A stretch of 38,552 nt of DNA from Lentisphaeria bacterium (GTDB taxonomy: Bacteria; Verrucomicrobiota; Lentisphaeria; Victivallales; UBA1829): contig JAFXUM010000190.1 of the NCBI GenBank assembly GCA_017524965.1, positions 1 to 38,552 of the forward strand. Direction: 5' to 3'. The notes under the pieces are model-generated. The model ran no database searches. It was given only the letters and a program-made list of their open reading frames with translations, and was not told where the DNA came from. This document shows positions 9,049 through 17,556 of this stretch, one piece after another; within the stretch, counting starts at the first letter, position 1; each line of letters opens with the position of its first letter. Position numbers and translations under genes: made by a program.

Positions 9049-10686
9049 TCAGGATTTCGGTTTCTCTTTCATGGAATCCGGAATATCTCCATTGCCGTAT
9101 TTATGCGTGATCGAACGGAATTCCATCAGGCTCGGGAAGAAGTTCACATGCACCTCGCCGGTCTTTCCGTTACGGTTTTTTTCGACTAAAAGAAGAGATT
9201 CCACCCCGTTGCGGTTCTTTTCGCGGTTGTCGAGGCCGGTTTCCTTTGCTTCGTCGCGGTCGCGGTGCAGGAAGATCACCACGTCCGCATCCTGCTCGAT
9301 GGAGCCGGATTCGCGAAGATTGCTCAGCCGGGGGCGCGCCGTCTTGTTGTTCGGCGTCTTCTCGACTTCGCGGTTCAGCTGGGAGAGCACAAGGACCGGG
9401 ATGTCCAGATCCTTGGCGAGTTTTTTGATGCCGCCGGAAATGGCGGACACTTCCACCTGGCGGCCGTCGCGGGACGACACGTCGCCGGCGCGCATCAGCT
9501 GCAGGTAGTCGATGATGACCAGGTCCAGGCCGGCCTCGGATTCCTTGAGCTTGCGTGCCTTCGCACGCAGCTCGAATACGGAAAGACCGCCGGTCGGGTC
9601 GATGAAAAGCCTGGCGTTGGTCAGCGCTTCCGCCCCGCGGGAAAGCCTGTTGGTCTCCTCGATGTTGAAGGTCCCGTCCGAAATGGACGACAGCGAGACT
9701 TTCGATTCGGTGCAGAGAAGACGCTGCGCCACCTGCTCCGCGCTCATTTCGAGCGAGAAGAACGCGACGCTTTTGAGCTGTTTGTTCACAGGCTGCTGGT
9801 CCGGGTCCGTGATGCGTTTGTCCGGCAGGTTTCTCATCGCGATGTTGCGCGCGATGTTCAGCGCCAGCGCGGTCTTGCCGATGGACGGACGGGCCGCGAG
9901 CACGACCATTTCCTGTTTTTTCAGGCCGCCGCCCAGCAGGTTGTCCAGCTGCGGAAATCCGGTCGGGATCCCCGGCTCGATCTCCTTGTTCATGAGGGCG
10001 ACGAAATGATTGAACGCGTCCGTGACGAGCTCGCCGATGCTCCTGATCTCGGAGCGGACGAAATCGTTGCGGACGGCGAAGAAGGACTGTTCGATCCCGT
10101 CCAGAAGTTCGTGGATCTCTTTTCCGCCGGGTTCCCGGCAGATCTGAAGCGCGGACGTGCAGGCGTTGATCATTTCGCGGAGCATGGCCCACTGGCGCAG
10201 GATGCCGCACCAGGTTTCCACGTTCGCCACGCTGCCGATGGACGCCTGAATATCGAACAGAGCGCCGGTCCCGCCGATCATCTCAAGACGGCCGGAACGG
10301 AGCAGATCGTCCTCGACCGACAGCAGATCGGGCGGATTGCCCGTCCGGCTGTTGACCTCGAGCATGCTCTGGTAGATCGCGGCATACTTCGGATCGCGGA
10401 ACATGATCTTCGCGTTCCGCGCGTATCCGGTCAGGGCCCTGTCGGCGGAGTCCTTTCCCTGAGAACCGGGCAGGATCCGCACGCCGAGCCTGGTCGCGAC
10501 CGTGTTGAAGCAGGTCGGGTCGGCCAGGACGCAGGCGAGGACGGAGCGTTCCATCTCGTAGTCCGCGTAGTCCGCGGTCTGCGGGATGGAATTGGAAGAA
10601 CGGGCTGCCGGAACGGCGTTCCGGGAAGAATCCTCCCCGGTCCCTGCCGCCCCGGCGCCGTGTGCATGATCGGAACGATCAGGCAT
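9049..10686 (-). CDS. dnaB: Replicative DNA helicase DnaB
   Basis: Walker A AARPSIGKT, FSLEMS, IIDYLQL, LSQLNR, LRESGSIEQDAD, KNRNG; no intein. Confidence 0.97.
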   Translation of the reverse strand: MPDRSDHAHGAGAAGTGEDSSRNAVPAARSSNSIPQTADYADYEMERSVLACVLADPTCFNTVATRLGVRILPGSQGKDSADRALTGYARNAKIMFRDPKYAAIYQSMLEVNSRTGNPPDLLSVEDDLLRSGRLEMIGGTGALFDIQASIGSVANVETWCGILRQWAMLREMINACTSALQICREPGGKEIHELLDGIEQSFFAVRNDFVRSEIRSIGELVTDAFNHFVALMNKEIEPGIPTGFPQLDNLLGGGLKKQEMVVLAARPSIGKTALALNIARNIAMRNLPDKRITDPDQQPVNKQLKSVAFFSLEMSAEQVAQRLLCTESKVSLSSISDGTFNIEETNRLSRGAEALTNARLFIDPTGGLSVFELRAKARKLKESEAGLDLVIIDYLQLMRAGDVSSRDGRQVEVSAISGGIKKLAKDLDIPVLVLSQLNREVEKTPNNKTARPRLSNLRESGSIEQDADVVIFLHRDRDEAKETGLDNREKNRNGVESLLLVEKNRNGKTGEVHVNFFPSLMEFRSITHKYGNGDIPDSMKEKPKS

Positions 10687-10703
10687 GAATCACTCCGGGC
10701 GCA

Positions 10704-11159
10704 TCAGGCGGCGCCGACGACCTTGATCGTCGCGACGGCGGTGACGGTCTGGTGGAGCTTGATGTCGACCTTGAATTCGCCGATCGTGCGGATGGGGGCG
10801 TCCAGACGGATCTTGTTGATGTTGACCTTGACGTCCATCGACGCGAGCTTTTCGAAGATGGTGCGTTCGGAGACGGAGCCGAAGAGGTGTCCGTCTTCGG
10901 AGGCCTGCATCGGGATCGTGATGTCGAGGCCGGCGATCTTCGCGGAGAGAGCCTGGGCGGCTTCGAGGTCGGCTTTGCGCTTCGCTTCGATTTTCTCCTT
11001 GCGGGCTTCGAGCTGACGGAGCACGCCGGTGGAGGCGATGGTCGCGAATCCGCGCGGGATCAGGTAGTTGCGGGCGTAGCCGGCCGTGACGTGAACTTCT
11101 TCGCCGGCGAGGCCGAGGTCTTCAACGTCCTGCAGAAGGATCAGTTTGACATGTGCCAT
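10704..11159 (-). CDS. rplI: 50S ribosomal protein L9
   Basis: LG..GE.V.V..GYARNYLIP, GHLFGSVS, PIRTIGEF. Confidence 0.97.
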   Translation of the reverse strand: MAHVKLILLQDVEDLGLAGEEVHVTAGYARNYLIPRGFATIASTGVLRQLEARKEKIEAKRKADLEAAQALSAKIAGLDITIPMQASEDGHLFGSVSERTIFEKLASMDVKVNINKIRLDAPIRTIGEFKVDIKLHQTVTAVATIKVVGAA

Positions 11160-11190
11160 GATTGAATTTCCTTTGCTGATGGGTTCCGGC

Positions 11191-11427
11191 TCAGAGAGCC
11201 ACGCTGATGATACGGGCGCGCTTCAGGGCCGTGCTGAGCATCTTCTGATGGTTCAGGCAGGTGCCGGTGATGCGGCGGGGAAGGATGCGGCCTTTTTCGG
11301 TCTGGAAACGGCGGAGCTGTTCCCCGTCCTTGAAGTCGATGTAGTTCACGTGATTCTCGCAGAATCTGCAGATCTTCGCTTTGTTGGTGCGACGCTTCGC
11401 GTGGCGTCTTTTCTGTTGCATTGCCAT
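11191..11427 (-). CDS. rpsR: 30S ribosomal protein S18 (zinc-binding C+ type)
   Basis: CRFC...IDFKD..LRRFQTEKGRILPRRITGTCLNHQ. Confidence 0.97.
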   Translation of the reverse strand: MAMQQKRRHAKRRTNKAKICRFCENHVNYIDFKDGEQLRRFQTEKGRILPRRITGTCLNHQKMLSTALKRARIISVAL

Positions 11428-11464
11428 ATTTGGTCTCGCTTGTTAGTTGGTTTGTCTGAATGGA

Positions 11465-12088
11465 TCAGAAGGGGATGTCGTCCACGTTTTCGAGCGGGTC
11501 CGGACCGGAATCCGGCATGCCGCCCTGGCCGGGCTGCATGTTCGGAGCCGGATTGTACTGCGGCTCGTCGAACTGCTGACGGCGGTACGGCTGCCCCTGC
11601 GGAGCGCGGTTCTGGAAACCGCCCTGCCCCTGGTAGCCGCCCTGGGACGGATAACCGCCCTGGGGCTGGTAGCCGCCCTGGCGCGGAGCGCGCTGCTGGA
11701 AACCGTCGTCTTCCGGCGGCATTTCGCCGGGCGCGCCGCCCTGGTCGTCGCGGCGTCCCGAGAGGAACTGCACGCGTTCGGCCGTCACGCGGACGCGGGA
11801 GCGCTTCTTCTGGGTGTCCTTTTCGGTCCACTGATCGTAGACCAGACGCCCTTCGATGAAGACCGTGCTGCCCTTCTGGAGAAAACGGGAGCAAGTCTCG
11901 GCCTGTTTGCCCCAAACAACGATCTCCAGGAAACACGTTTCATCTTTCTCCTGGCCGCTCGCCTGCATGAAGCGGCGGTTGATCGCAATTCCGAACTCGC
12001 AAACGGCGGAATTGCCGCCCGTCAGATACCGGAGTTCCGGATCCCGGGTCAGATTCCCGATCAAAAGCACTTTGTTCAGAGAAGCCAT
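11465..12088 (-). CDS. ssb: Single-stranded DNA-binding protein
   Basis: LNKVLLIGNLTRDPELRY, Q/G/P-rich linker, C-terminal DDIPF. Confidence 0.97.
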   Translation of the reverse strand: MASLNKVLLIGNLTRDPELRYLTGGNSAVCEFGIAINRRFMQASGQEKDETCFLEIVVWGKQAETCSRFLQKGSTVFIEGRLVYDQWTEKDTQKKRSRVRVTAERVQFLSGRRDDQGGAPGEMPPEDDGFQQRAPRQGGYQPQGGYPSQGGYQGQGGFQNRAPQGQPYRRQQFDEPQYNPAPNMQPGQGGMPDSGPDPLENVDDIPF

Positions 12089-12119
12089 GTGACTCGCCTC
12101 CTTTCTTCAGTTTGATGGA

Positions 12120-12485
12120 TTACTCGGCGTCGGCCGCGGGGCCGGCGGGAGCCGTCGTCGCCGGTTCCGGGATCGCCAGCTTGGAGCGGACGTGTTCCGG
12201 ACGGTCGTAGACGATGGAGAGGAACCGCAGGACGCGTTCGTCCAGGCGGAACTCGTCGCGGAGCGTCGCTTCCTTGGCCTGTTCGACTTCGAACACGAAA
12301 TCGAAATAGTAGCCGGCTTTGCGTTTCTTGATCTCGCGCGCAAAGGTCTTGCGGCCCATCGCGACGTTCTCGATCATCTTTCCGCCCCAGCCGTTGATCA
12401 GCTTTTCGAACTGATCGGCAAAGGCCTTGCCCTCATCGTCGACTTTGCGCGGGTCGAGGATGAATACTGCTTCGTACTTTTTCAA
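12120..12485 (-). CDS. rpsF: 30S ribosomal protein S6 (TTG start)
   Basis: KYEAVFILDP...GRKTFAREIKKRKAGYY...VLRFL; GGAGG SD upstream. Confidence 0.95.
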   Translation of the reverse strand: MKKYEAVFILDPRKVDDEGKAFADQFEKLINGWGGKMIENVAMGRKTFAREIKKRKAGYYFDFVFEVEQAKEATLRDEFRLDERVLRFLSIVYDRPEHVRSKLAIPEPATTAPAGPAADAE

Positions 12486-12506
12486 GACTGCACCTCCAGG
12501 TGTTGC

Positions 12507-13160
12507 TTATTTGTTGTTTACAGACGTTTCTGTTGTTGTTTTGTTCGGTTGGCTGTCTTCGTCCGCGCTGAAGTCGCGCGGATTGTATTGGTTCATTGCC
12601 ATTGCGATGCCTCGTCTCAGGATCAGGACGGCCGCTTCCGCAGCTCCGGCCAGCACCCGGTCGAATACCGCGCGCTCTTCCTCGCTGAACTCCGAAAGGA
12701 CGTAATCGATCACGTCCCCGCGGCTTTCCGCGTGTCCGACGCCGATCCGCATCCGGTTGAATCCTTCCGATCCGATCTCTTCGATCAGAGAATTGATCCC
12801 GTTGTGTCCGGCGCTGCCGCCTCCTTTGCGGATCCGGATCCGCCCGAGGGGGATGTCCATGTCGTCATGGGCCACCAGCACCTCGTCCGGCGCGATCCCT
12901 TCGCTCCGCATCAGCGGGGCGACCGCCTCGCCGCTCAGGTTCATGTACGTCAAAGGCGTCTGAACGATCAGCGGCGCTCCGGCGTAGGTCCCCTTCCAGT
13001 AGTAGGACTGGAACCCGTGGACCCTCTGGAAGGAACGCGGAAGTCTGGTCAGGAGGCGTTCGGCAAACATGAATCCGGCGTTGTGACGTGTGCCGTCGTA
13101 TTTGCTTTCCGGATTTCCCAGTCCGACGATGAGCCGGATCCGATGTGTTCCGTCCGCCAT
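12507..13160 (-). CDS. pth: Peptidyl-tRNA hydrolase
   Basis: LIVGLGNP..Y..TRHNAGF, TYMNLSG, HDDMD, GGSAGHNG. Confidence 0.97.
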   Translation of the reverse strand: MADGTHRIRLIVGLGNPESKYDGTRHNAGFMFAERLLTRLPRSFQRVHGFQSYYWKGTYAGAPLIVQTPLTYMNLSGEAVAPLMRSEGIAPDEVLVAHDDMDIPLGRIRIRKGGGSAGHNGINSLIEEIGSEGFNRMRIGVGHAESRGDVIDYVLSEFSEEERAVFDRVLAGAAEAAVLILRRGIAMAMNQYNPRDFSADEDSQPNKTTTETSVNNK

Positions 13161-13226
13161 GTCGCGCTGTCCTTTCCGTGTTCTTCCGTCCGGAGGCTCT
13201 TCCGCATCGCAAACAAAGCAGGAAGA

Positions 13227-13904
13227 TTACTCCGCTTTCTTGCGGTCCTCGCGGGCCGCGGCGCGTTCTTCGGTCTTCTTCTCGGCGATGACTTCGGGTT
13301 CGGCGGCTTCCTCGCCTTCGGCGGGAGCGGCTTCTTCTTCCTCGGCAGCGGCGGATTCATCGACTTCGGTGAACACGACGAGGTCGGCGTGGGTCACGGC
13401 GGTAACGCCTTCGGGCATCACGATGTCGCCGACGTGGATGATGTCGCCGAGGTTCATGCCGGAGACGTCCACGATGATCTCTTCGGGGAGGTCCTGCGGG
13501 AGGCTTTCCACTTCGATTTCGTGGAGGTTCTGCTCAAGCAGACCGCCCGCGGCAGCGCCGGCGGGCACAGTGTGACCGGCGCGGACCGCGACGTGCGCCT
13601 TGATCTTCTGGTCCATGCGGATGGCCTGGAAATCCAGATGGCGGGTGCGGTTCTTGATCGGGTCGTGCTGGACTTCCTTCAGCAGGACGAGCGTTTCCTT
13701 GCCATCCTCGACGAGGGAGAGGATGTTCAGCTCGTTGCGGGAGAGCAGCTGCCATTCCGTGGCGTTCACGGAGATGCACTTCGGCTCAATGCCTTTGCCG
13801 TAGACGATCGCGGGGATCAGTCCGGTCTTTCTCAGGCGGCGTGCGTCGTTGGTGGTACCGGCCGTACGCGCCTGCACGTTCAACACATGTTTGACTTTTG
13901 CCAT
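13227..13904 (-). CDS. rplY: 50S ribosomal protein L25/Ctc
   Basis: ARRLRKTGLIPAIVYG, KEVQHDP..HLDFQ, acidic tail with EPEVI. Confidence 0.95.
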   Translation of the reverse strand: MAKVKHVLNVQARTAGTTNDARRLRKTGLIPAIVYGKGIEPKCISVNATEWQLLSRNELNILSLVEDGKETLVLLKEVQHDPIKNRTRHLDFQAIRMDQKIKAHVAVRAGHTVPAGAAAGGLLEQNLHEIEVESLPQDLPEEIIVDVSGMNLGDIIHVGDIVMPEGVTAVTHADLVVFTEVDESAAAEEEEAAPAEGEEAAEPEVIAEKKTEERAAAREDRKKAE

Positions 13905-13979
13905 TTTCGGTCCTTTCGTGTAATGTGTCGGTTATGTGTGGGTTGTTCGTTTCGTGTTTCGTTTCGGGGGCTTTTCCGC

Positions 13980-14924
13980 TCAGCGCTGGAAAAGCGAATT
14001 AAGGGAATCGCCGTTGTGGATGCGGCTGATCGCTTCGGAGAGGAGCGGGGCGATGTCCAGCGTGTGGACGCTGTCGCCCTTCAGGTCGGTCGGAACGGAG
14101 TTCGTCGTGATCAGCTCTTCGATGCAGCTGGCTTTCAGCTTCTCGAACGCTTCTTCGCGCGCCAGGAAGTGCGACACCGCCGCGAGAACGTGGGACGCGC
14201 CTTCGCGTTTCAGAAGCTCGGCTGCGGCGCAGAGCGTGCCGGCCGTGCTGGTCATGTCGTCGACCAGGACGCACGTGCGTCCCTTCACGTCGCCGACCAG
14301 ATGCGAGGACGCCACGTGGTTCGCGTCGAGGCGGCGTTTTGCCACCACTGCGAATCCGCAGCCCAGGCGGTCGGCGAACGACTGCGCCATCTTCACGCTG
14401 CCGGAGTCGGGGGAGACGATCACGGATTCCGAGTCGGTCTTGCCGCGCAGATACGGGATCAGCACGGATGCCGCGTACAGGTGGTCGACCGGGATGTCGA
14501 AGAATCCCTGGATCTGCTGGGAATGGAGGTCCATGGCGAGGATGCGGTTCGCGCCCGCGGTCGTCAGCAGGTTCGCGACGAGCTTGGCCGTGATCGGCAC
14601 GCGCGGCTTGTCCTTGCGGTCCTGGCGGGCATATCCGAAGAACGGGATCACAGCGGTGATTCTGGCCGCGGACGCGCGGCGGGCGGCGTCCAGCATGATC
14701 AGAAGCTCCATCAGGTTTTCGTTCGTCGGATTGGACGTGGATTGGATGATGAATGCGTCCGCATTCCTCAGGGTATCCTTGTACTGGACAAAAATTTCGC
14801 CGTCCGGGAATCTCTGCACGGTCACGTGGCCGAGCTGCTGTCCCAGGCACTGCGCGATCGATTCGGCGAGTTTCGGATGTGATGTCCCGCTGTAGAGTCG
14901 GATGTCTCTCGCGTTTCCTTCCAT
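13980..14924 (-). CDS. prs: Ribose-phosphate pyrophosphokinase
   Basis: FPDGEI, NENLMELL, PFFGYARQDRK, DLHSQQIQGFF, PRPP loop VDDMTSTAGTL. Start set at MEGNARD (ATG 14924). Confidence 0.96.
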   Translation of the reverse strand: MEGNARDIRLYSGTSHPKLAESIAQCLGQQLGHVTVQRFPDGEIFVQYKDTLRNADAFIIQSTSNPTNENLMELLIMLDAARRASAARITAVIPFFGYARQDRKDKPRVPITAKLVANLLTTAGANRILAMDLHSQQIQGFFDIPVDHLYAASVLIPYLRGKTDSESVIVSPDSGSVKMAQSFADRLGCGFAVVAKRRLDANHVASSHLVGDVKGRTCVLVDDMTSTAGTLCAAAELLKREGASHVLAAVSHFLAREEAFEKLKASCIEELITTNSVPTDLKGDSVHTLDIAPLLSEAISRIHNGDSLNSLFQR

Positions 14925-15185
14925 GGTGTCCTGTGTCTTTCCGTTCGTGGTTGAGGGTTGGTGTCGAACAAATCCCTGTCCGAGGTACGGAAGACGGCCG
15001 AACGCGAGTCCTTTTTTCCGCAGCCGGAGCGAACGCTCCCGACGCTGCGCCATGCCGGGATCCTGAAAAACGAGGCGGCATAAACAGCCGGAAATCCCTG
15101 CGCATGAAAGAAAACCCCGCGGTCATGCGGGTCCTGCGACCCACCGAATCCGGACATGCGGATTAAGGTTTCTGTTTCAACGTGT
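14925..15185 (-). promoter_or_regulatory. Long structured 5' leader of the prs-rplY-pth-rpsF run (candidate cis-regulatory RNA)
   Basis: About 260 nt between the predicted TSS and the prs ATG, with several hairpins and alternative pairings. Confidence 0.4.
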
Positions 15186-15191
15186 CTAAAT

Positions 15192-15219
15192 AATATAGAC
15201 CATCTTTCCGGAAAATCAA
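15192..15219 (-). promoter_or_regulatory. sigma70-type promoter for the prs run
   Basis: TTGATT-N16-TATATT. Confidence 0.6.
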
Positions 15220-15292
15220 GTTGGATTCCGTTATTTTTCACTCATTTCGTGCATTTTTCGCAAAAAGGGAGGGCAGGCCCTCCACTGATACT

Positions 15293-15369
15293 GTGCTCTG
15301 CTGCGCGAGAGCACACACGGAGTGTGCCAGGCAGTGCCGTGCTTCGCGACGGCACACACGGAGTGTGCC
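15293..15369. repeat. Two-copy palindromic (REP-like) repeat with 41-bp period
   Basis: Exact 18-mer GCACACACGGAGTGTGCC at 15311-15328 and 15352-15369, each overlapping a 7-bp-stem hairpin. Confidence 0.75.
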
Positions 15370-15415
15370 GGAAAAGCGAAAAACCGTTTTTTTCCGGTTT
15401 CTTTCTCTTTTTCAC

Positions 15416-15444
15416 TGGATTTTTGCGGGAAATGCTGTTACATT
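15416..15444 (+). promoter_or_regulatory. sigma70-type promoter for the GH51 gene
   Basis: TGGATT-N17-TACATT; CACTGGATTTTTG is identical to the NYN promoter -35 region. Confidence 0.4.
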
Positions 15445-15532
15445 ATCGAAGAAAATCAGCGCCCCGCCCTGCCCTGCACGGCGGACGGGACGTCATTGCC
15501 GTTTTTCCAATCCACAACAGAAAGGATTTTGC

Positions 15533-17530
15533 ATGAAACACAAGGCTCTCATCGGCATCACCGCCGCGGCCGCGCTCCTCTCGGCCGGCGCCGGGCTTGA
15601 CGCGCAGAACCAGGACGCGCCGAAGACCATGACCGGCACGCTCGACCCCGCCAAGGTCAAGTTCGACATCAGCCCGACCATGTACGGCGTCTTCTTCGAG
15701 GACATCAACTTCGCGGCGGACGGCGGACTCTACGCCGAGCTCATCAAGAACCGTTCCTTCGAGTTCCCGAACGGCCTCTCCGGCTGGGAGACGGACGGCA
15801 GGGTCCAGGTCGTCAAGGGCAGCGAGGGCGACGTGCCGTTCCCGCGCAATCCGCATTTCGCGCGCCTGACCGCCGAATCCCACCGCGACCAGTGGACCGC
15901 GCTTGACAACGGCGGATTCCGCGGCCTCGCGTTCGAAAAAGACAAGACGTACCACCTGACGCTGATGGCGCGCCTCGCCCCCGGCACAACGGAACCGGTC
16001 AAATTCGACGCCGCGTTCGTCCGGGAGGACGGCACGATGGAAGCCCGCACGCCGTTCACGGTGAACAGCCGCGAATGGAAGGAGTACAAGGTCGACGTGA
16101 AGGCGGTCAGCACGCAGACGCGCGGCAAGTTCCGTCTGCTCCTGAACGGACACCGGGGCGCGGTCGACATGGACCACATCTCGCTCTTCCCGGAGGACAC
16201 CTGGAAGGGGCGCGCGAACGGCCTCCGCAACGACCTCGCGCAGGCGATCGCCGACCTCAAGCCGAAGATCTTCCGTTTCCCCGGCGGCTGCATCATTGAG
16301 GGCACCAAGCTCGAGGACCGCTACCAGTGGAAGAACTCCGTCGGCGCGGTCGGCAACCGTCCGCTGAACGGCAACCGCTGGAACAACACGTTCGTCGACC
16401 ACCTGACCCCGGACTACTTCCAGAGCTACGGGCTCGGCTTCTTCGAGTTCTTCGAGTTCTGCGAGGACATCGGGGCGGAACCGCTGCCCGTGCTGAACAT
16501 CGGCCTCGCGTGCCAGTTCCAGAACGACGCGAACGACCTCACCGCGCAGGTCGCGCTCAATGAGCTCGGGCCGTACATCCAGGACTGCCTCGACCTCATC
16601 GAGTTCGCCAACGGCCCTGTCACCTCGACCTGGGGCAAGCTCCGCGCCGACATGGGCCACCCCGAGCAGTTCAACCTGAAATACATGGCCATCGGCAACG
16701 AACAGTGGGGCAAACTCTACACCGACCGCCTCCCGATCTTCCTGCGGGAAATCCGCGCGAAGCACCCCGAGATCAAAATCATCGGCAGCTCCGGCCCGAA
16801 CCCGGACGGAAGGGATTTCGACTACCTGTGGCCGAAGATGCGCGAGTTCAAGGCGGACCTCGTCGACGAGCACTACTACCGCGATCCCGACTGGTTCCTC
16901 AGCCACATTGACCGCTACGACAAGTACGACCGCACCGGCCCGAAGGTCTTCGCCGGCGAATACGCCTGCCACGACAACCCGACCAACTCCCTCCGCGCCG
17001 CGCTCTGCGAAGCCGCGTTCCTGACCGGCATCGAGCGCAACGCCGACGTCGTCCGCATGACCTCCTACGCGCCGCTCCTCGCCAACTACTACGCGTGGCA
17101 GTGGGCGCACGACATGATCTGGTTCGACAACACCACGGTCGTGAAGACGCCGAGCTATTTCGTGCAGAAACTCTACAGCACCAACGCCGGAACGCACACG
17201 CTCGACCTCTCCGGTCTCGGCGCGCTCCCCGCCGACTGCTACTGCGGCGCGGTCCTCGACGAATCCGAGGACGGCGACAGCGTCATCGTGAAGTTCGTCA
17301 ACCTCGGCAAGACCGTCGTCCCGATCTCCATCAACATCCCGGGCGCGGCCGACGGCGCGGAAGTCTCCGTGGTCGGCATCAAGGGCGCGGACCTCGCGGA
17401 CAAGAACGACCTCGCGAATCCCGAGCTCGTCAAGCCGGAGGAATCCAAGCTGAAGATCAGCGCCGGCATCTTCGAGGCGAAACAGGATCCCTTCAGCTTC
17501 ATGGTCTACCGGATCCCGGTCAAGAAATGA
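15533..17530 (+). CDS. Secreted alpha-L-arabinofuranosidase, GH51
   Basis: Signal peptide MKHKALIG; MYGVFFEDINFAADGGLYAELIKNRSFE, FRFPGGC, IGNEQWG (acid/base), VDEHYY, FAGEYA (nucleophile), SYAPLL. AAGGA SD before ATG 15533. Confidence 0.95.
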   Translation: MKHKALIGITAAAALLSAGAGLDAQNQDAPKTMTGTLDPAKVKFDISPTMYGVFFEDINFAADGGLYAELIKNRSFEFPNGLSGWETDGRVQVVKGSEGDVPFPRNPHFARLTAESHRDQWTALDNGGFRGLAFEKDKTYHLTLMARLAPGTTEPVKFDAAFVREDGTMEARTPFTVNSREWKEYKVDVKAVSTQTRGKFRLLLNGHRGAVDMDHISLFPEDTWKGRANGLRNDLAQAIADLKPKIFRFPGGCIIEGTKLEDRYQWKNSVGAVGNRPLNGNRWNNTFVDHLTPDYFQSYGLGFFEFFEFCEDIGAEPLPVLNIGLACQFQNDANDLTAQVALNELGPYIQDCLDLIEFANGPVTSTWGKLRADMGHPEQFNLKYMAIGNEQWGKLYTDRLPIFLREIRAKHPEIKIIGSSGPNPDGRDFDYLWPKMREFKADLVDEHYYRDPDWFLSHIDRYDKYDRTGPKVFAGEYACHDNPTNSLRAALCEAAFLTGIERNADVVRMTSYAPLLANYYAWQWAHDMIWFDNTTVVKTPSYFVQKLYSTNAGTHTLDLSGLGALPADCYCGAVLDESEDGDSVIVKFVNLGKTVVPISINIPGAADGAEVSVVGIKGADLADKNDLANPELVKPEESKLKISAGIFEAKQDPFSFMVYRIPVKK

Positions 17531-17556
17531 ACAGCTGAATTGTTGCTGAAATAGAA

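Noticed and set aside
9049-10686. Possible intein in the long DnaB
   Set aside because: The extra length comes from an N-terminal extension and two short insertions; no intein splice motifs or endonuclease domain.
14925-15185. tRNA-Gln or SRP RNA upstream of prs
   Set aside because: No cloverleaf with a T-loop and acceptor stem and no SRP domain IV motif could be found by eye.
15293-15369. Possible mini CRISPR array
   Set aside because: Only two units, the intervening sequences resemble each other rather than being unique spacers, and no cas genes are present.
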